From Mycobacterium tuberculosis H37Rv (GTDB lineage: Bacteria > Actinomycetota > Actinomycetes > Mycobacteriales > Mycobacteriaceae), in the NCBI RefSeq assembly GCF_000195955.2, contig NC_000962.3:2730001-2762000 (forward strand): a DNA stretch of 32,000 bases. Reading direction: 5' to 3'. A program made the position numbers and the translations under genes. Shown piece by piece: positions 17,599 to 28,207 of this stretch (its first letter is position 1; every line of letters starts with the position of its first letter). A model generated the notes under the pieces. The model worked only from the letters and a program-made list of their open reading frames with translations. It had not been told where the DNA came from and ran no database searches.

Positions 17599-20225
17599 TG
17601 CAGCGCAGCCAACCGGGTGGTGATGCGCTCGGTTTCCTGCTGCGCCACGCGCTGGCGGTCCCGGATCTTGGCAATGACGGCGTCGGGCGCTTTGGCCAGA
17701 AAGTCCGCGTTGGCCAACTTGGCGGCGGTCGACGCCAGCTCCTTTTGGGCGCCGGCCAACTCCTTTTCCAGGCGGCGACGCTCGGCGGCCACGTCGATGG
17801 TGCCCGAGGTGTCGAGCTCGACGACGACGGTGCGGTTCATCTCGGGGCCGAGCCGAACCTCCAACGAGACCGACGGCTCAAAATCCGGGCCCGGCTCGGT
17901 GAGCCACGCCAGCGAGGTCACGGCGGCCACCTGGTTGCTCAGATCCGAGTCCCGCACACCGTGCATTCGGGCCGGAACCTTCTGCCGGTCGGCCAGACCT
18001 TGATCGCTGCGGAACCGCCGCACTTCGGTCACCAACTTCTGCATATCGTTAATCCGTTGCGCGGCAACAAGGTCCACGCTAATCCCGGAAGGCTCCGGCC
18101 AGTCGGCGCTGACCAGCGATTCCCTGCCGGTCAGCGCCAGCCATAGCGCCTCGGTGAGGAAGGGAATCACCGGGTGCAGCAGGCGCAGCAGCGTGTCCAG
18201 CCCGGCGGCCAGCACGGCGGTGGTGTGTGTGAGTCCCTGGGCAAGCTGCGTTTTGGCCAGTTCGAGGTACCAGTCGCAGAATTCGTCCCAGGCGAAGTGA
18301 TACAGGGACTCACAAGCGCGGCTGAACTCGTATCCGTCGAAGGCCGAATCAACTTCGGCCCGAACCTCTTCCAACCTTCCGAGAATCCAGCGGTCGGCGT
18401 CGGTCAGCTCGTTCGGCGATGGCAGGGGTGCTGGCGCGGCGCCATTGAGCAGTGCGTACCGAGTGGCGTTGAACAGCTTGGTCCCGAAATTGCGCGACGC
18501 CCGCACGGCATCCTCGCTCACCGCCAAGTCACCACCGGGACTGGCCCCGCGGGCCAGCGTGAACCGCAGCGCATCGGCCCCGAACATTTCCACCCAATCC
18601 AGCGGGTCGATGACGTTGCCCTTGGACTTGCTCATCTTGCGGCCAGACTCGTCGCGGATCAGCCCATGCAGAAACACGTCGGTGAACGGCACCTGCGGGC
18701 CCCGGCGGCCGTCGAGGGTGATGGCGGCGTCGTCGCCGACGAAGGTGCCGAACATCATCATTCTGGCCACCCAAAAGAACAAGATGTCATAGCCGGTAAC
18801 CAGAACGCTTGTCGGATAGAACTTTTCCAGCTCCGCCGTCTTGTCCGGCCAACCCAGCGTGGAAAACGGCCACAGCGCCGACGAAAACCAGGTATCCAGC
18901 ACGTCAGGATCCTGTTCCCAGCCCTGCGGGGGTGTTTCGTCCGGGCCGACGCACACCTGTTCGCCGTCGGGTCCGTACCAGATCGGGATCCGATGCCCCC
19001 ACCAGAGCTGTCGCGAGATGCACCAGTCGTGCATGTCGTCGACCCAGGAGAACCAGCGGGGTTCCATGCTGGCCGGGTGAATCACGGTGTCCCCGTTGCG
19101 CACCGCATCCCCGGCCGCTTTGGCCAGCGATTCCACCCGGACCCACCACTGCAGGGATAGCCGCGGCTCGATCGGCTCGCCGCTGCGTTCGGAGTGTCCG
19201 ACGCTGTGCAGGTAGGGTCGCTTTTCTTCGACCACGCGGCCCTGGGCCGCGAGCGCTTGGCGCACCGCGACCCGTGCCTCGAAGCGGTCCATGCCGTCGA
19301 ATCGCGTTCCGGTGTCGACGATCCGGCCCTTGGTGTCCAGGATCGAGGGCATCGGCAGCTGGTGGCGCACCCCGATTTCGAAGTCGTTGGGGTCGTGGGC
19401 GGGTGTGACTTTGACCGCGCCGGTGCCGAATTCAGGGTCCACGTGCTCGTCGGCGACAATGGCCAGCTCCCGGTCGACGAATGGGTGCGCCAGGCTGGTG
19501 CCGACCAGGTGACGGTAGCGCTCGTCATCGGGATGGACGGCGATCGCGGTATCGCCCAGCATCGTCTCGACCCGGGTGGTGGCGACCACGATGTGGGGTT
19601 GCGAGTCGTCAAGCGAGCCGTACCTAAACGACACCAGCTCGCCTTCGACGTCGCGGTAGTTGACCTCGAGGTCGGAGATCGCGGTCTGCAGCACCGGCGA
19701 CCAGTTGACCAGCCGCTCGGCCCGATAGATCAGCCCGGCGTCATAAAGCCGCTTGAAGATCGTGCGCACCGCCCGCGACAGACCTTCGTCCATGGTGAAC
19801 CGGTCGCGGCTCCAGTCCACCCCGTCACCGAGTCGGCGCATCTGGCCGCCGATGGCACCGCCAGACTCTCGCTTCCAATCCCACACCTTGTCCACGAACA
19901 GCTCGCGGCCGAGGTCTTCTTTAGTCTTGCCGTCGACCGCCAGCTGCTGCTCGACCACGCTCTGGGTGGCGATCCCGGCATGGTCGGTGCCCGGCTGCCA
20001 GAGCACCTCATAGCCCTGCATCCGCTTGCGCCGCGTCAAGGCGTCCATCATGGTGTGTTCCAGCGCGTGGCCCATGTGCAGGCTGCCGGTCACGTTCGGC
20101 GGCGGCAGCACGATCGAATAGGCCGGCTTGGTGCTGGTCGGGTCCGCGGTGAAGTAGCCAGCGTCCAGCCACTTCTGATAGATGGCGCTCTCCATCGCGG
20201 CCGGATCCCACGACTTGGGCAGCAT
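17595..20225 (-). CDS. valS: Valine--tRNA ligase
   Basis: The class I signatures SLHMGHALE (HIGH-type) and KMSKSKGN are present, along with the C-terminal coiled coil. I chose the ATG at 20225 (876 aa). The GTG at 20255 would add 10 residues. Neither start has a clear SD. Confidence 0.92.
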
Positions 20226-20312
20226 ATCGGCGGCAGGGTGAGGGCTGGCGGTCACCGATCAATTCTAGGAACCGCTTCACACCGGCATGAAAGCGCCCGA
20301 AACCGCCCGGAT

Positions 20313-21572
20313 TCAGCTAGCCAGTCGCGTGGTCTGCAGCGACACACCGGCGGCCGGCAAACGCTCCAGCAGGGCGTCACCCATTGCGGCCGCGGGGGTT
20401 AACACACCACGCATGTCGGACAGCTTGTCGCGATCCAGTGCCAGCGCCAGACCACACTCCCCCAACAACACCGACGTCGCCTTGTAGCCGGGGTCACCAT
20501 CTTGGGCCATGCGCGCCAGGTACCGGGCTCCGGTGGTTGTGGTGGTGTAGGTCTCGATGCGGTAGTAGCCGCGCTCGCGAGCCGCCGCACTGGGGCCGGT
20601 GCCGGGTTTGGGGACGACACGCTTTACCAGTCCCCGCGGCAGCAGGCGGATGTAGCGGCTGGCCAAGCCGAACATCGCGTTGCCGACACCGCCGCCGACA
20701 ACCGATACCACCGGCGCCAGCACCGTGGACCCTACGCTCATGGTTTCGCTGTAGCGGAACCGCCGGCCGTAGGCCCAGTCCAGGAGCGCGTTGCTGCGGC
20801 GCACGATCCGGGTGTTGGTGGGCGCCATGATGAATCCCGCGGTCCACACACCGGCCAGTTCCGGCGCGAGCCGACGGCCACGACGCGACGGCAGGTCAGG
20901 CTGTGGGCCCAGTTCGGGTTCGGCGCCGCGGTCTGGGCTCAGCATGTAGGGGTCGGATAGCTGGCGGCGCGCATCGGGATCGTTAGAAGCGGTGCTCAAC
21001 ACCTCCAGCATCGATGCGATGGTGCCGCCGGAGAACCCGCCTTTGAAGGAACGCACCACGCAGTTGGTGTCGGTCAGCTCGCCGGCGCCGTCTTCTCGTG
21101 CCGCGTGGTATAGGGCGTACACGCTCAGATCAGATGGGACGGAGTCGAATCCGCAGGCGTGCACGATGCGTGCACCGGTGTCGGCGGCCTGCTTGTGGTA
21201 CAAGTCGATGCTGTTGCGCATGAACATCGGCTCGCCGGTCAGGTCGGCGTAGTCGGTGCCGGCGGCAGCGCATGCGGCCACCAGCGGCAGCCCGTAGCGG
21301 GTGTAGGGCCCAACGGTGGTGACCACGACCTGGGCGCGGGCGGCCATGGCTTGCAGCGTCGACGGCAACGACGCGTCGGCGGTCAGGATCGGCCAGGTCT
21401 GCGCGGATTCGCCCAGGGCTTCGCGAACGGCGAGCACCCGTTGCGTCGACCTGCCGGCCAGCGCGATCCGGGCATCTCCCCCGGCCCGGGCCAGGTATTC
21501 GGCGGTCAGCTTGCCGACGAAGCCGGTCGCCCCGTACAACACGATGTCGAATTCACGCGGCGTAGCGGTCAC
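20313..21572 (-). CDS. Saccharopine dehydrogenase-like NAD(P)-binding oxidoreductase (Rv2449c-like)
   Basis: The Rossmann motif DIVLYGATGFVGKL lies near the N-terminus. I chose the GTG at 21572 (419 aa) because the longer TTG start at 21620 lies inside the 21-bp hairpin that follows rpfE. Confidence 0.85.
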   Translation of the reverse strand: MTATPREFDIVLYGATGFVGKLTAEYLARAGGDARIALAGRSTQRVLAVREALGESAQTWPILTADASLPSTLQAMAARAQVVVTTVGPYTRYGLPLVAACAAAGTDYADLTGEPMFMRNSIDLYHKQAADTGARIVHACGFDSVPSDLSVYALYHAAREDGAGELTDTNCVVRSFKGGFSGGTIASMLEVLSTASNDPDARRQLSDPYMLSPDRGAEPELGPQPDLPSRRGRRLAPELAGVWTAGFIMAPTNTRIVRRSNALLDWAYGRRFRYSETMSVGSTVLAPVVSVVGGGVGNAMFGLASRYIRLLPRGLVKRVVPKPGTGPSAAARERGYYRIETYTTTTTGARYLARMAQDGDPGYKATSVLLGECGLALALDRDKLSDMRGVLTPAAAMGDALLERLPAAGVSLQTTRLAS

Positions 21573-21603
21573 GGGTTTGACGCTACTCCGGGGTGCGCGA
21601 GCA

Positions 21604-21653
21604 GACGCAAAAGCTCCCAAATCCGACCGGATTTGGGAGCTTTTGCGTCTTTT
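21604..21653. terminator. Perfect 21-bp stem / 4-nt loop hairpin 13 nt downstream of the rpfE stop; the T-tract is on the plus-strand side only
   Basis: The sequence gacgcaaaagctcccaaatcc-gacc-ggatttgggagcttttgcgtc is followed by tttt (21650..21653). The position fits an rpfE terminator, but the U-tract orientation fits a plus-strand transcript. Confidence 0.5.
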
Positions 21654-21661
21654 CGCGGTGG

Positions 21662-22421
<760 letters not shown>

Positions 22422-22493
22422 CTGCCGGGCCAAGGGGACCGTACGATAACGATTTGGATTCGTCATCTCCGGCAAACCGAGATATCAGTTCAA

Positions 22494-22718
22494 TCACAAG
22501 CCGATCACGGCGCGGTGGCACAATTGTTGTTGCAGGTCAGAAGTGCGGTTTTGGCTCAGCTGTATCTTTGCGACCGCGGCGCTATCGTGAGCCGAATCAC
22601 GCAAATATTGTGACCCCGGACACGGATTTGTCACCATCGTGGCCCTGGTCCGGGATCTGATCCACACGCCGTGGTGACCTGCGCCACAACGACTTGCCCA
22701 CCCCGACGTCCACCACAC
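22494..22718 (-). CDS. Doubtful hypothetical ORF (74 codons; Rv2452c-like)
   Basis: The only evidence is an open frame. It has no recognisable motif and sits in the likely promoter/upstream region of rpfE. Confidence 0.15.
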   Translation of the reverse strand: MWWTSGWASRCGAGHHGVWIRSRTRATMVTNPCPGSQYLRDSAHDSAAVAKIQLSQNRTSDLQQQLCHRAVIGL

Positions 22719-23017
22719 CTCGAATCAGCTAGACTGCTCCCAATAATCCGCCCTAATACTAAGTGCCGCACTGTGATTCATAGGTAACCTGGGGCACCAC
22801 CAAATAGCAGTCTGCCGTAACAGCCGGATCCTCTACCGTCAGCAGACTCAAATGTCCTCCACCCCAACGCAATACGTGATCAACCGCGCACCAGAGACGC
22901 CAACTGTAGTCAAGGCAGTACTAGAAGCGGCGGCCATGGCCAATGTTAATAACGTCTTCATTGAAAACAAGACGAGAATATCTCGAAAGGCCACCAGAAA
23001 ATTAATACGGAATAGTA

Positions 23018-23623
23018 TTAGCGTCCGGGCTGCATCGGTGCGTGCAAGCCTGCGGCCGAATTGACGTTGGTCAGCGGTCGGGAATCCGCCATCACGATCC
23101 GCAGTGCATCCGAAGCGTCGACCAGGGCGCTCATCTTTCGCTCGCCGGCACCGACCAACGTGTCGACGCGGTCGGCCAGATCCGTCCGATACACCGCGGC
23201 CAGGTAGTGGTTACGGCCATCCCAGGGCAACACCACTTCGGCATCGGTCTGCACCGCGCGGCGCGCGAGATCCTCGATCAATTCCACTGTCAGATAAGGC
23301 ATGTCGACCGCACAGACAAACGCGAGCCGGACACCGGCCTCCGCAGCCGCACGCAACCCGCGACCGGTCGCCGGCAGCGGCCCCAGCCCCGGCAGCTCAT
23401 CACGCAGAACGGGGACCGGCAGCGTGGGCAACGGTTGTCCCGGAGCGGCCATCACGAAAACCGGCGCGCAGCGCTGGCCGAGAATGCCGACCATATGCTC
23501 CACCAGCGTGGTGGTTCCCCCGGGGAGGGGCAGGGTGGCTTTGTCGCGACCCATTCGGCGGGATTCACCTCCCGCGAGAACAACCCCGGCCAGCGGCACT
23601 GTGTCGGGCGCGAGCTCAGCCAC
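23018..23623 (-). CDS. mobA: Molybdenum cofactor guanylyltransferase (MobA)
   Basis: The ORF has 201 codons. The N-terminal nucleotide-binding motif is [17 protein letters not shown], and the rest is a MobA-like NTP-transferase fold. It starts 1 nt after the korB stop. Confidence 0.9.
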   Translation of the reverse strand: MAELAPDTVPLAGVVLAGGESRRMGRDKATLPLPGGTTTLVEHMVGILGQRCAPVFVMAAPGQPLPTLPVPVLRDELPGLGPLPATGRGLRAAAEAGVRLAFVCAVDMPYLTVELIEDLARRAVQTDAEVVLPWDGRNHYLAAVYRTDLADRVDTLVGAGERKMSALVDASDALRIVMADSRPLTNVNSAAGLHAPMQPGR

Positions 23624-23624
23624 G

Positions 23625-24746
23625 TCAGTCGACGGTCCAAGTGTCGCGCCCGTGCAACAGTGACTGCAGTGCAGCGGTGCCGGACGGGGCGGCGTTTCGG
23701 GCCGCGACTACCTGCGAGCGGGCCGCATCATCGTAGGTTGGCCGGCTGATGTGCCGAAAGATTCCCAGCACGGTGTGGTCCAGGTTCTGATCGGACAGCC
23801 GGGACAGCGCGAAGGCGTAGGCCGGGTCGTCGACCTGCGCATCGTGCACAATGATCTCGTCGATGGCCACATCGGCCGTCTTGGCCACTTCGAGGCCGAA
23901 TCCGGACTTGACCACGCAGTATTCGCCGTTGGCCCCGAAGACGATCGGCTCGCCGTGGCGGACCTTGATGACCCGCTCCTCGGCGCCCTCCTTGCGCAGC
24001 GCATCGAACGAGCCGTCGTTGAAGATCGGGCAGTCCTGCAGGATTTCGACCAGGGCAGCACCGCGATGCTGGGCCGCGGCACGCAGCACTTCGGTCAGCC
24101 CGTTACGGTCTGAGTCCAGCGCGCGGCCAACGAACGTCGCCTCTGCCCCCAGCGCCAACGACACCGGATTGAACGGGTGATCCAGCGAGCCCATCGGTGT
24201 CGACTTGGTGACCTTGCCGACCTCCGATGTCGGCGAATACTGTCCTTTGGTCAGCCCATAGATCCGGTTGTTGAACAGCAGAATCGTCACGTTGATGTTG
24301 CGGCGCAGCGCGTGGATCAGGTGGTTACCGCCGATCGACAAGGCGTCACCGTCGCCGGTGACCACCCATACCGACAGATCCTCGCGAGCCAGCGCCAGAC
24401 CGGTCGCTATCGCGGGCGCGCGGCCGTGAATCGAATGAAAGCCGTAGGTTTCCAGGTAATAGGGGAACCGGCTGGAGCATCCGATACCGCTGATGAACAC
24501 GATGTTCTCACGCCGCAGCCCCAGTTCGGGCAGGAAGTTTCGGATGGTGTTGAGGATGACGTAGTCGCCGCAGCCCGGGCACCAGCGCACCTCCTGGTCA
24601 CTGGTGAAATCCTTGCCCTTCTGCGGCTGATCCGTGGTGGGCACCCCAGCGTTCTTGGTCAAGCTCGGAGTCAGGCCGAGCTCGGTGCCCGCCAAATCAC
24701 CGGTCACGCCGGTCATGAGCTGTGCTTCATCGCCGGAGCGGGTCAT
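23625..24746 (-). CDS. korB: 2-oxoglutarate:ferredoxin oxidoreductase, beta (TPP-binding) subunit
   Basis: The ORF has 373 codons. It has the CPGCGDY cysteine motif and the TPP-binding [20 protein letters not shown] motif. Its ATG overlaps the korA stop (ATGA at 24743..24746). Confidence 0.92.
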   Translation of the reverse strand: MTRSGDEAQLMTGVTGDLAGTELGLTPSLTKNAGVPTTDQPQKGKDFTSDQEVRWCPGCGDYVILNTIRNFLPELGLRRENIVFISGIGCSSRFPYYLETYGFHSIHGRAPAIATGLALAREDLSVWVVTGDGDALSIGGNHLIHALRRNINVTILLFNNRIYGLTKGQYSPTSEVGKVTKSTPMGSLDHPFNPVSLALGAEATFVGRALDSDRNGLTEVLRAAAQHRGAALVEILQDCPIFNDGSFDALRKEGAEERVIKVRHGEPIVFGANGEYCVVKSGFGLEVAKTADVAIDEIIVHDAQVDDPAYAFALSRLSDQNLDHTVLGIFRHISRPTYDDAARSQVVAARNAAPSGTAALQSLLHGRDTWTVD

Positions 24747-26704
24747 CCGTTTGCTCCCGCTCCCGCCGTGGCCGCCGACAATCTGGCGACCAACGTCTTG
24801 TCTTGCTCAAGCTCGGCCAATCTCCCGGCAAGTGCGGCCCGGATAAAGCGCCCAATCTCGTCGGCCAGGAACGAGACACCCTTAACCTTGGTGACCGATT
24901 GCACGTCGACCAGGTACTTACCGCGCAGCACCTGGGCCAGCTGGCCCAAGTTCAACTCCGGAGCCACCACCTTGGGGTAACGCCGCAGCACCTCACCCAA
25001 ATTGGCCGGGAACGGGTTGAGATAGCGCAGATGGGCGTGCGCTACCTTGGTGCCTCGGCGACGCGCGCGCCGGCACGCTTCACCGATTGGGCCGTAGGAG
25101 CTGCCCCACCCGATCAACAACAGCTCGGCGTCCCCGGTCGGATCATCGACTTCCAGATCGGGAACATGGATACCGTCGATCTTGGCTTGGCGCAACCGGA
25201 CCATGAGGTCATGATTAGTCGGCTCGTAGGAGATGTCGCCCGAGCCATTGGCAGCTTCCAGCCCGCCGATGCGGTGTTCCAGACCGGGGGTGCCCGGAAT
25301 GGCGAACTGGCGGGCAAGGGTTTCCCGGTCACGGGCATAAGGCTGGAAGGGCTCGCCGGGTTTGGCGAAGGTGTGCTTAATGGGCGGTAGCGCATTGACA
25401 TCCGGGATTCGCCATGGCTCCGAGCCGTTGGCGATGGCGCCGTCGGACAACAAGATCACCGGGGTGTGGTAGGACACCGCGATGCGCACCGCCTCAAGGG
25501 CGGTTTCAAAGCAGTCGGCAGGAGAGCGCGGCGCCAGCACCGCCACCGGTGACTCGCCATTGCGGCCGTAGAGCGCCTGCAGCAAGTCGGCCTGCTCGGT
25601 CTTGGTGGGTAGACCGGTCGACGGCCCGCCCCGCTGCACGTCTATGACCAGCAACGGCAGTTCGGTCATCACACCCAGTCCCAGCGCTTCGGACTTCAGC
25701 GAAATTCCCGGTCCCGATGTGCTGGTGACTCCCAACGCACCACCGTAGGCGGCACCCAGCGCAGCGCAGATGCCGCCGATCTCGTCTTCGGCCTGGAAGG
25801 TGACGACATTGAAGTTCTTGTGCTTGGACAGTTCGTGCAGGATGTCCGACGCCGGAGTAATCGGATAACTGCCGAGCACGACCGGAAGGCCGGCGAGCTG
25901 ACCGGCCACCACGATCCCGTAGGCCAGCGCGGTATTGCCCGAGATCTGCCGGTACTCGCCGGGCGGCAAAGTCGCGGGCGGTATCTCATAGGTCGTGCCG
26001 AAGGCCTCGGTGGTTTCGCCGTAGTTCCAGCCGGCCTTGAGGGCCAACACGTTGGCCTCGGCGATTTCGGGCTTGCGGGCGAACTTCTCCCTGATGAAGG
26101 CCTCGCTGTGCTCGAGCTCGCGCCCGTACATCCACGACAGCAGACCCAGCGCAAACATATTTTTGGCGCGCTGGCCATCCTTCTTGGACGCGCCGATCGC
26201 CTCGACGGCACCCAGGGTCAGTGTGGTCATGGCGACGGTGTGCACCACATAGTCGGACAGCTCGCCGGACTCCAGCGGGTTTGTCACGTAGCCCACTTTC
26301 GTCAGGTTGCGCTTGGTGAACTCGTCAGAGTTCACGATCACCATTCCGCCAAGCGGTAGGTCGCCGATATTGGCCTTCAACGCTGCCGGGTTCATGGCGA
26401 CGAGCACGTCGGGACGGTCACCGGCGGTCAGGATGTCGTAATCGGCTATCTGAATCTGAAAAGACGACACTCCGGGCAACGTGCCCGCCGGTGCCCGGAT
26501 CTCTGCGGGGTAGTTCGGCTGGGTCGCCAGATCGTTGCCGAAAAGCGCTGCCTCCGAGGTGAATCGGTCGCCGGTTAGCTGCATGCCGTCGCCGGAGTCT
26601 CCAGCGAACCGGATCACCACATTTTCCAAGCGTTGCCGATCAGGCGCGGCATGAAATGCCGCGTCATGAGACTCTGGCCCGGCCCCGCTGCCGTTCGGAT
26701 CCAC
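24743..26704 (-). CDS. korA: 2-oxoglutarate:ferredoxin oxidoreductase, alpha subunit
   Basis: This is a large fused alpha/gamma-type 2-oxoacid:ferredoxin oxidoreductase subunit (GDSGDGMQLTG, SYPITPASDILHEL, TSGPGISLKSEALG). I chose the GTG at 26704 (653 aa, with GAAGG upstream). The ATG at 26719 would add 5 residues. Confidence 0.92.
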   Translation of the reverse strand: MDPNGSGAGPESHDAAFHAAPDRQRLENVVIRFAGDSGDGMQLTGDRFTSEAALFGNDLATQPNYPAEIRAPAGTLPGVSSFQIQIADYDILTAGDRPDVLVAMNPAALKANIGDLPLGGMVIVNSDEFTKRNLTKVGYVTNPLESGELSDYVVHTVAMTTLTLGAVEAIGASKKDGQRAKNMFALGLLSWMYGRELEHSEAFIREKFARKPEIAEANVLALKAGWNYGETTEAFGTTYEIPPATLPPGEYRQISGNTALAYGIVVAGQLAGLPVVLGSYPITPASDILHELSKHKNFNVVTFQAEDEIGGICAALGAAYGGALGVTSTSGPGISLKSEALGLGVMTELPLLVIDVQRGGPSTGLPTKTEQADLLQALYGRNGESPVAVLAPRSPADCFETALEAVRIAVSYHTPVILLSDGAIANGSEPWRIPDVNALPPIKHTFAKPGEPFQPYARDRETLARQFAIPGTPGLEHRIGGLEAANGSGDISYEPTNHDLMVRLRQAKIDGIHVPDLEVDDPTGDAELLLIGWGSSYGPIGEACRRARRRGTKVAHAHLRYLNPFPANLGEVLRRYPKVVAPELNLGQLAQVLRGKYLVDVQSVTKVKGVSFLADEIGRFIRAALAGRLAELEQDKTLVARLSAATAGAGANG

Positions 26705-26802
26705 GTCTCCGCCTTCCATGTGTTATCGGACAGGCACTCCGCGCTGCAGCTTCAGGTTACGCGTCGTCGGAGCGACACCCCCGCGCCGCACGGCTTGTGT
26801 CA

Positions 26803-26913
26803 CTGGCGGTAGCGATTATGACATTTCATTTCGGGTGTAAGGCGGTCTCCGATGCCATATATGCGGCCGGTAACCGACCAAAAGGCGAAGTCAGCGAGGG
26901 CTGGCGGTAGCGA
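26803..26913. repeat. Two exact copies of a 13-nt direct repeat (ctggcggtagcga) at 26803..26815 and 26901..26913, upstream of korA
   Basis: I read both copies directly and checked their coordinates against flanking stop codons. The first copy abuts a minus-strand TGTCATAAT (26823..26815), which resembles an extended -10 element. Confidence 0.85.
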
Positions 26914-26935
26914 CGACACAGAACTGTGGTATTGG

Positions 26936-28192
26936 TCACTTCCCCCCGAGGGTTGGCCGCGACCGCACCCGGACATCCGAATCCACGGTTTCCGGCATCG
27001 CGACCAGGTACAGGAGGAAGCCGGCCCCGGCGAGCGCACCCAGCGACATGAATGCCGCGTCATAGCCCGCGACGACCACGATCCAGCCGGCAACAAGATT
27101 AGACAGCGCGGCACCAATGCCCGTTGCCGTGGTTACCGCCCCGAGGCTGATATTGAAATGTCCCGTTCCGTGTGTGACGTCCTGTACGACAAGGGGAAAC
27201 AACGCCCCGAAAATGCCGGCTCCGATACCGTCGAGCAACTGCACGCCCACCAGCCAGTAGGAGTTATCCGACAACGTGTAGAGGAACCCGCGAGCGGTCA
27301 AGACAGCGAACCCCACCAAAAAGATCGGCTTTCGCCCCCACGCGTCGGCCCTGGTCCCGACCACATACGCCACCGGCACCATCACGACCTGCGCCGCGAC
27401 GATGCACGACGACATCAGCGCCGTTCCTTCGTCTCGATTGTGCAACGCCAACAGCTCGCCGACCAGCGGCAGCATCGCCGCGTTGGCGAAGTGGAACGCG
27501 ACAACCGCCGCCCCGAAGATCACCAGTTCGCGGTTGTGCGCCAACACGGTGAACCGCGACGGCTGCGGATGCGGCTCGCCGGGCGCATGGTCCATACCAC
27601 GCGCTAAATCGTGGTCGACCGCGTCCGGCGGGATCCGCAGTGTCGCCAGCACGCTGATCAACGCCATGCCGGCCAGCACCCAGAACACCACCACCGGCCC
27701 GAAGAAGTACGCCAGCGCGCCGGTCGCCCCAGCCGCCGACGCGTTACCGGCGTGGTTGAACGCTTCGTTACGCCCAATCCGTCTGGCGAAAAACTGAGGA
27801 CCGACAGCACCCAACGTGATCGCCGCCAACGCCGGAGCGAAAACCGAGCTGGCGATCCCGGTGACGGCCTGCAGCACCGAGATGGAATACAAGCCCGCAA
27901 ACAGCGGCATCGCCACTGCGGCGGCGGTGACCAGCACCGCGCCGGCGACGACCAGCGCCCGCTTGGCCGTGGTCCGGTCCACCAGGGCGCCAATCGGCGT
28001 CTGGGCCACGATGGCCGCAATGCCGCCGACCGCCATGACGAACCCGATCGAGGCTTGATCCCAATCGTGGATCAACAGGAGGTATATCGACAGATAGGGG
28101 CCCAGACCGTCGCGAACATCAGCCAACGAGAAATTCAGCAGGTCCAGCGCACGCGCCACCCGTGGCGGCACTGCCACAACGGTGCCCGACAT
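26936..28192 (-). CDS. Major facilitator superfamily transporter (12-TM type), Rv2456c-like
   Basis: The ORF has 418 codons and is hydrophobic throughout. An MFS loop motif, GALVDRTTAKRAL, lies between TM2 and TM3. It starts 15 nt after the clpX stop. Confidence 0.88.
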   Translation of the reverse strand: MSGTVVAVPPRVARALDLLNFSLADVRDGLGPYLSIYLLLIHDWDQASIGFVMAVGGIAAIVAQTPIGALVDRTTAKRALVVAGAVLVTAAAVAMPLFAGLYSISVLQAVTGIASSVFAPALAAITLGAVGPQFFARRIGRNEAFNHAGNASAAGATGALAYFFGPVVVFWVLAGMALISVLATLRIPPDAVDHDLARGMDHAPGEPHPQPSRFTVLAHNRELVIFGAAVVAFHFANAAMLPLVGELLALHNRDEGTALMSSCIVAAQVVMVPVAYVVGTRADAWGRKPIFLVGFAVLTARGFLYTLSDNSYWLVGVQLLDGIGAGIFGALFPLVVQDVTHGTGHFNISLGAVTTATGIGAALSNLVAGWIVVVAGYDAAFMSLGALAGAGFLLYLVAMPETVDSDVRVRSRPTLGGK

Positions 28193-28207
28193 GCAGTCGT
28201 CGCGGGG

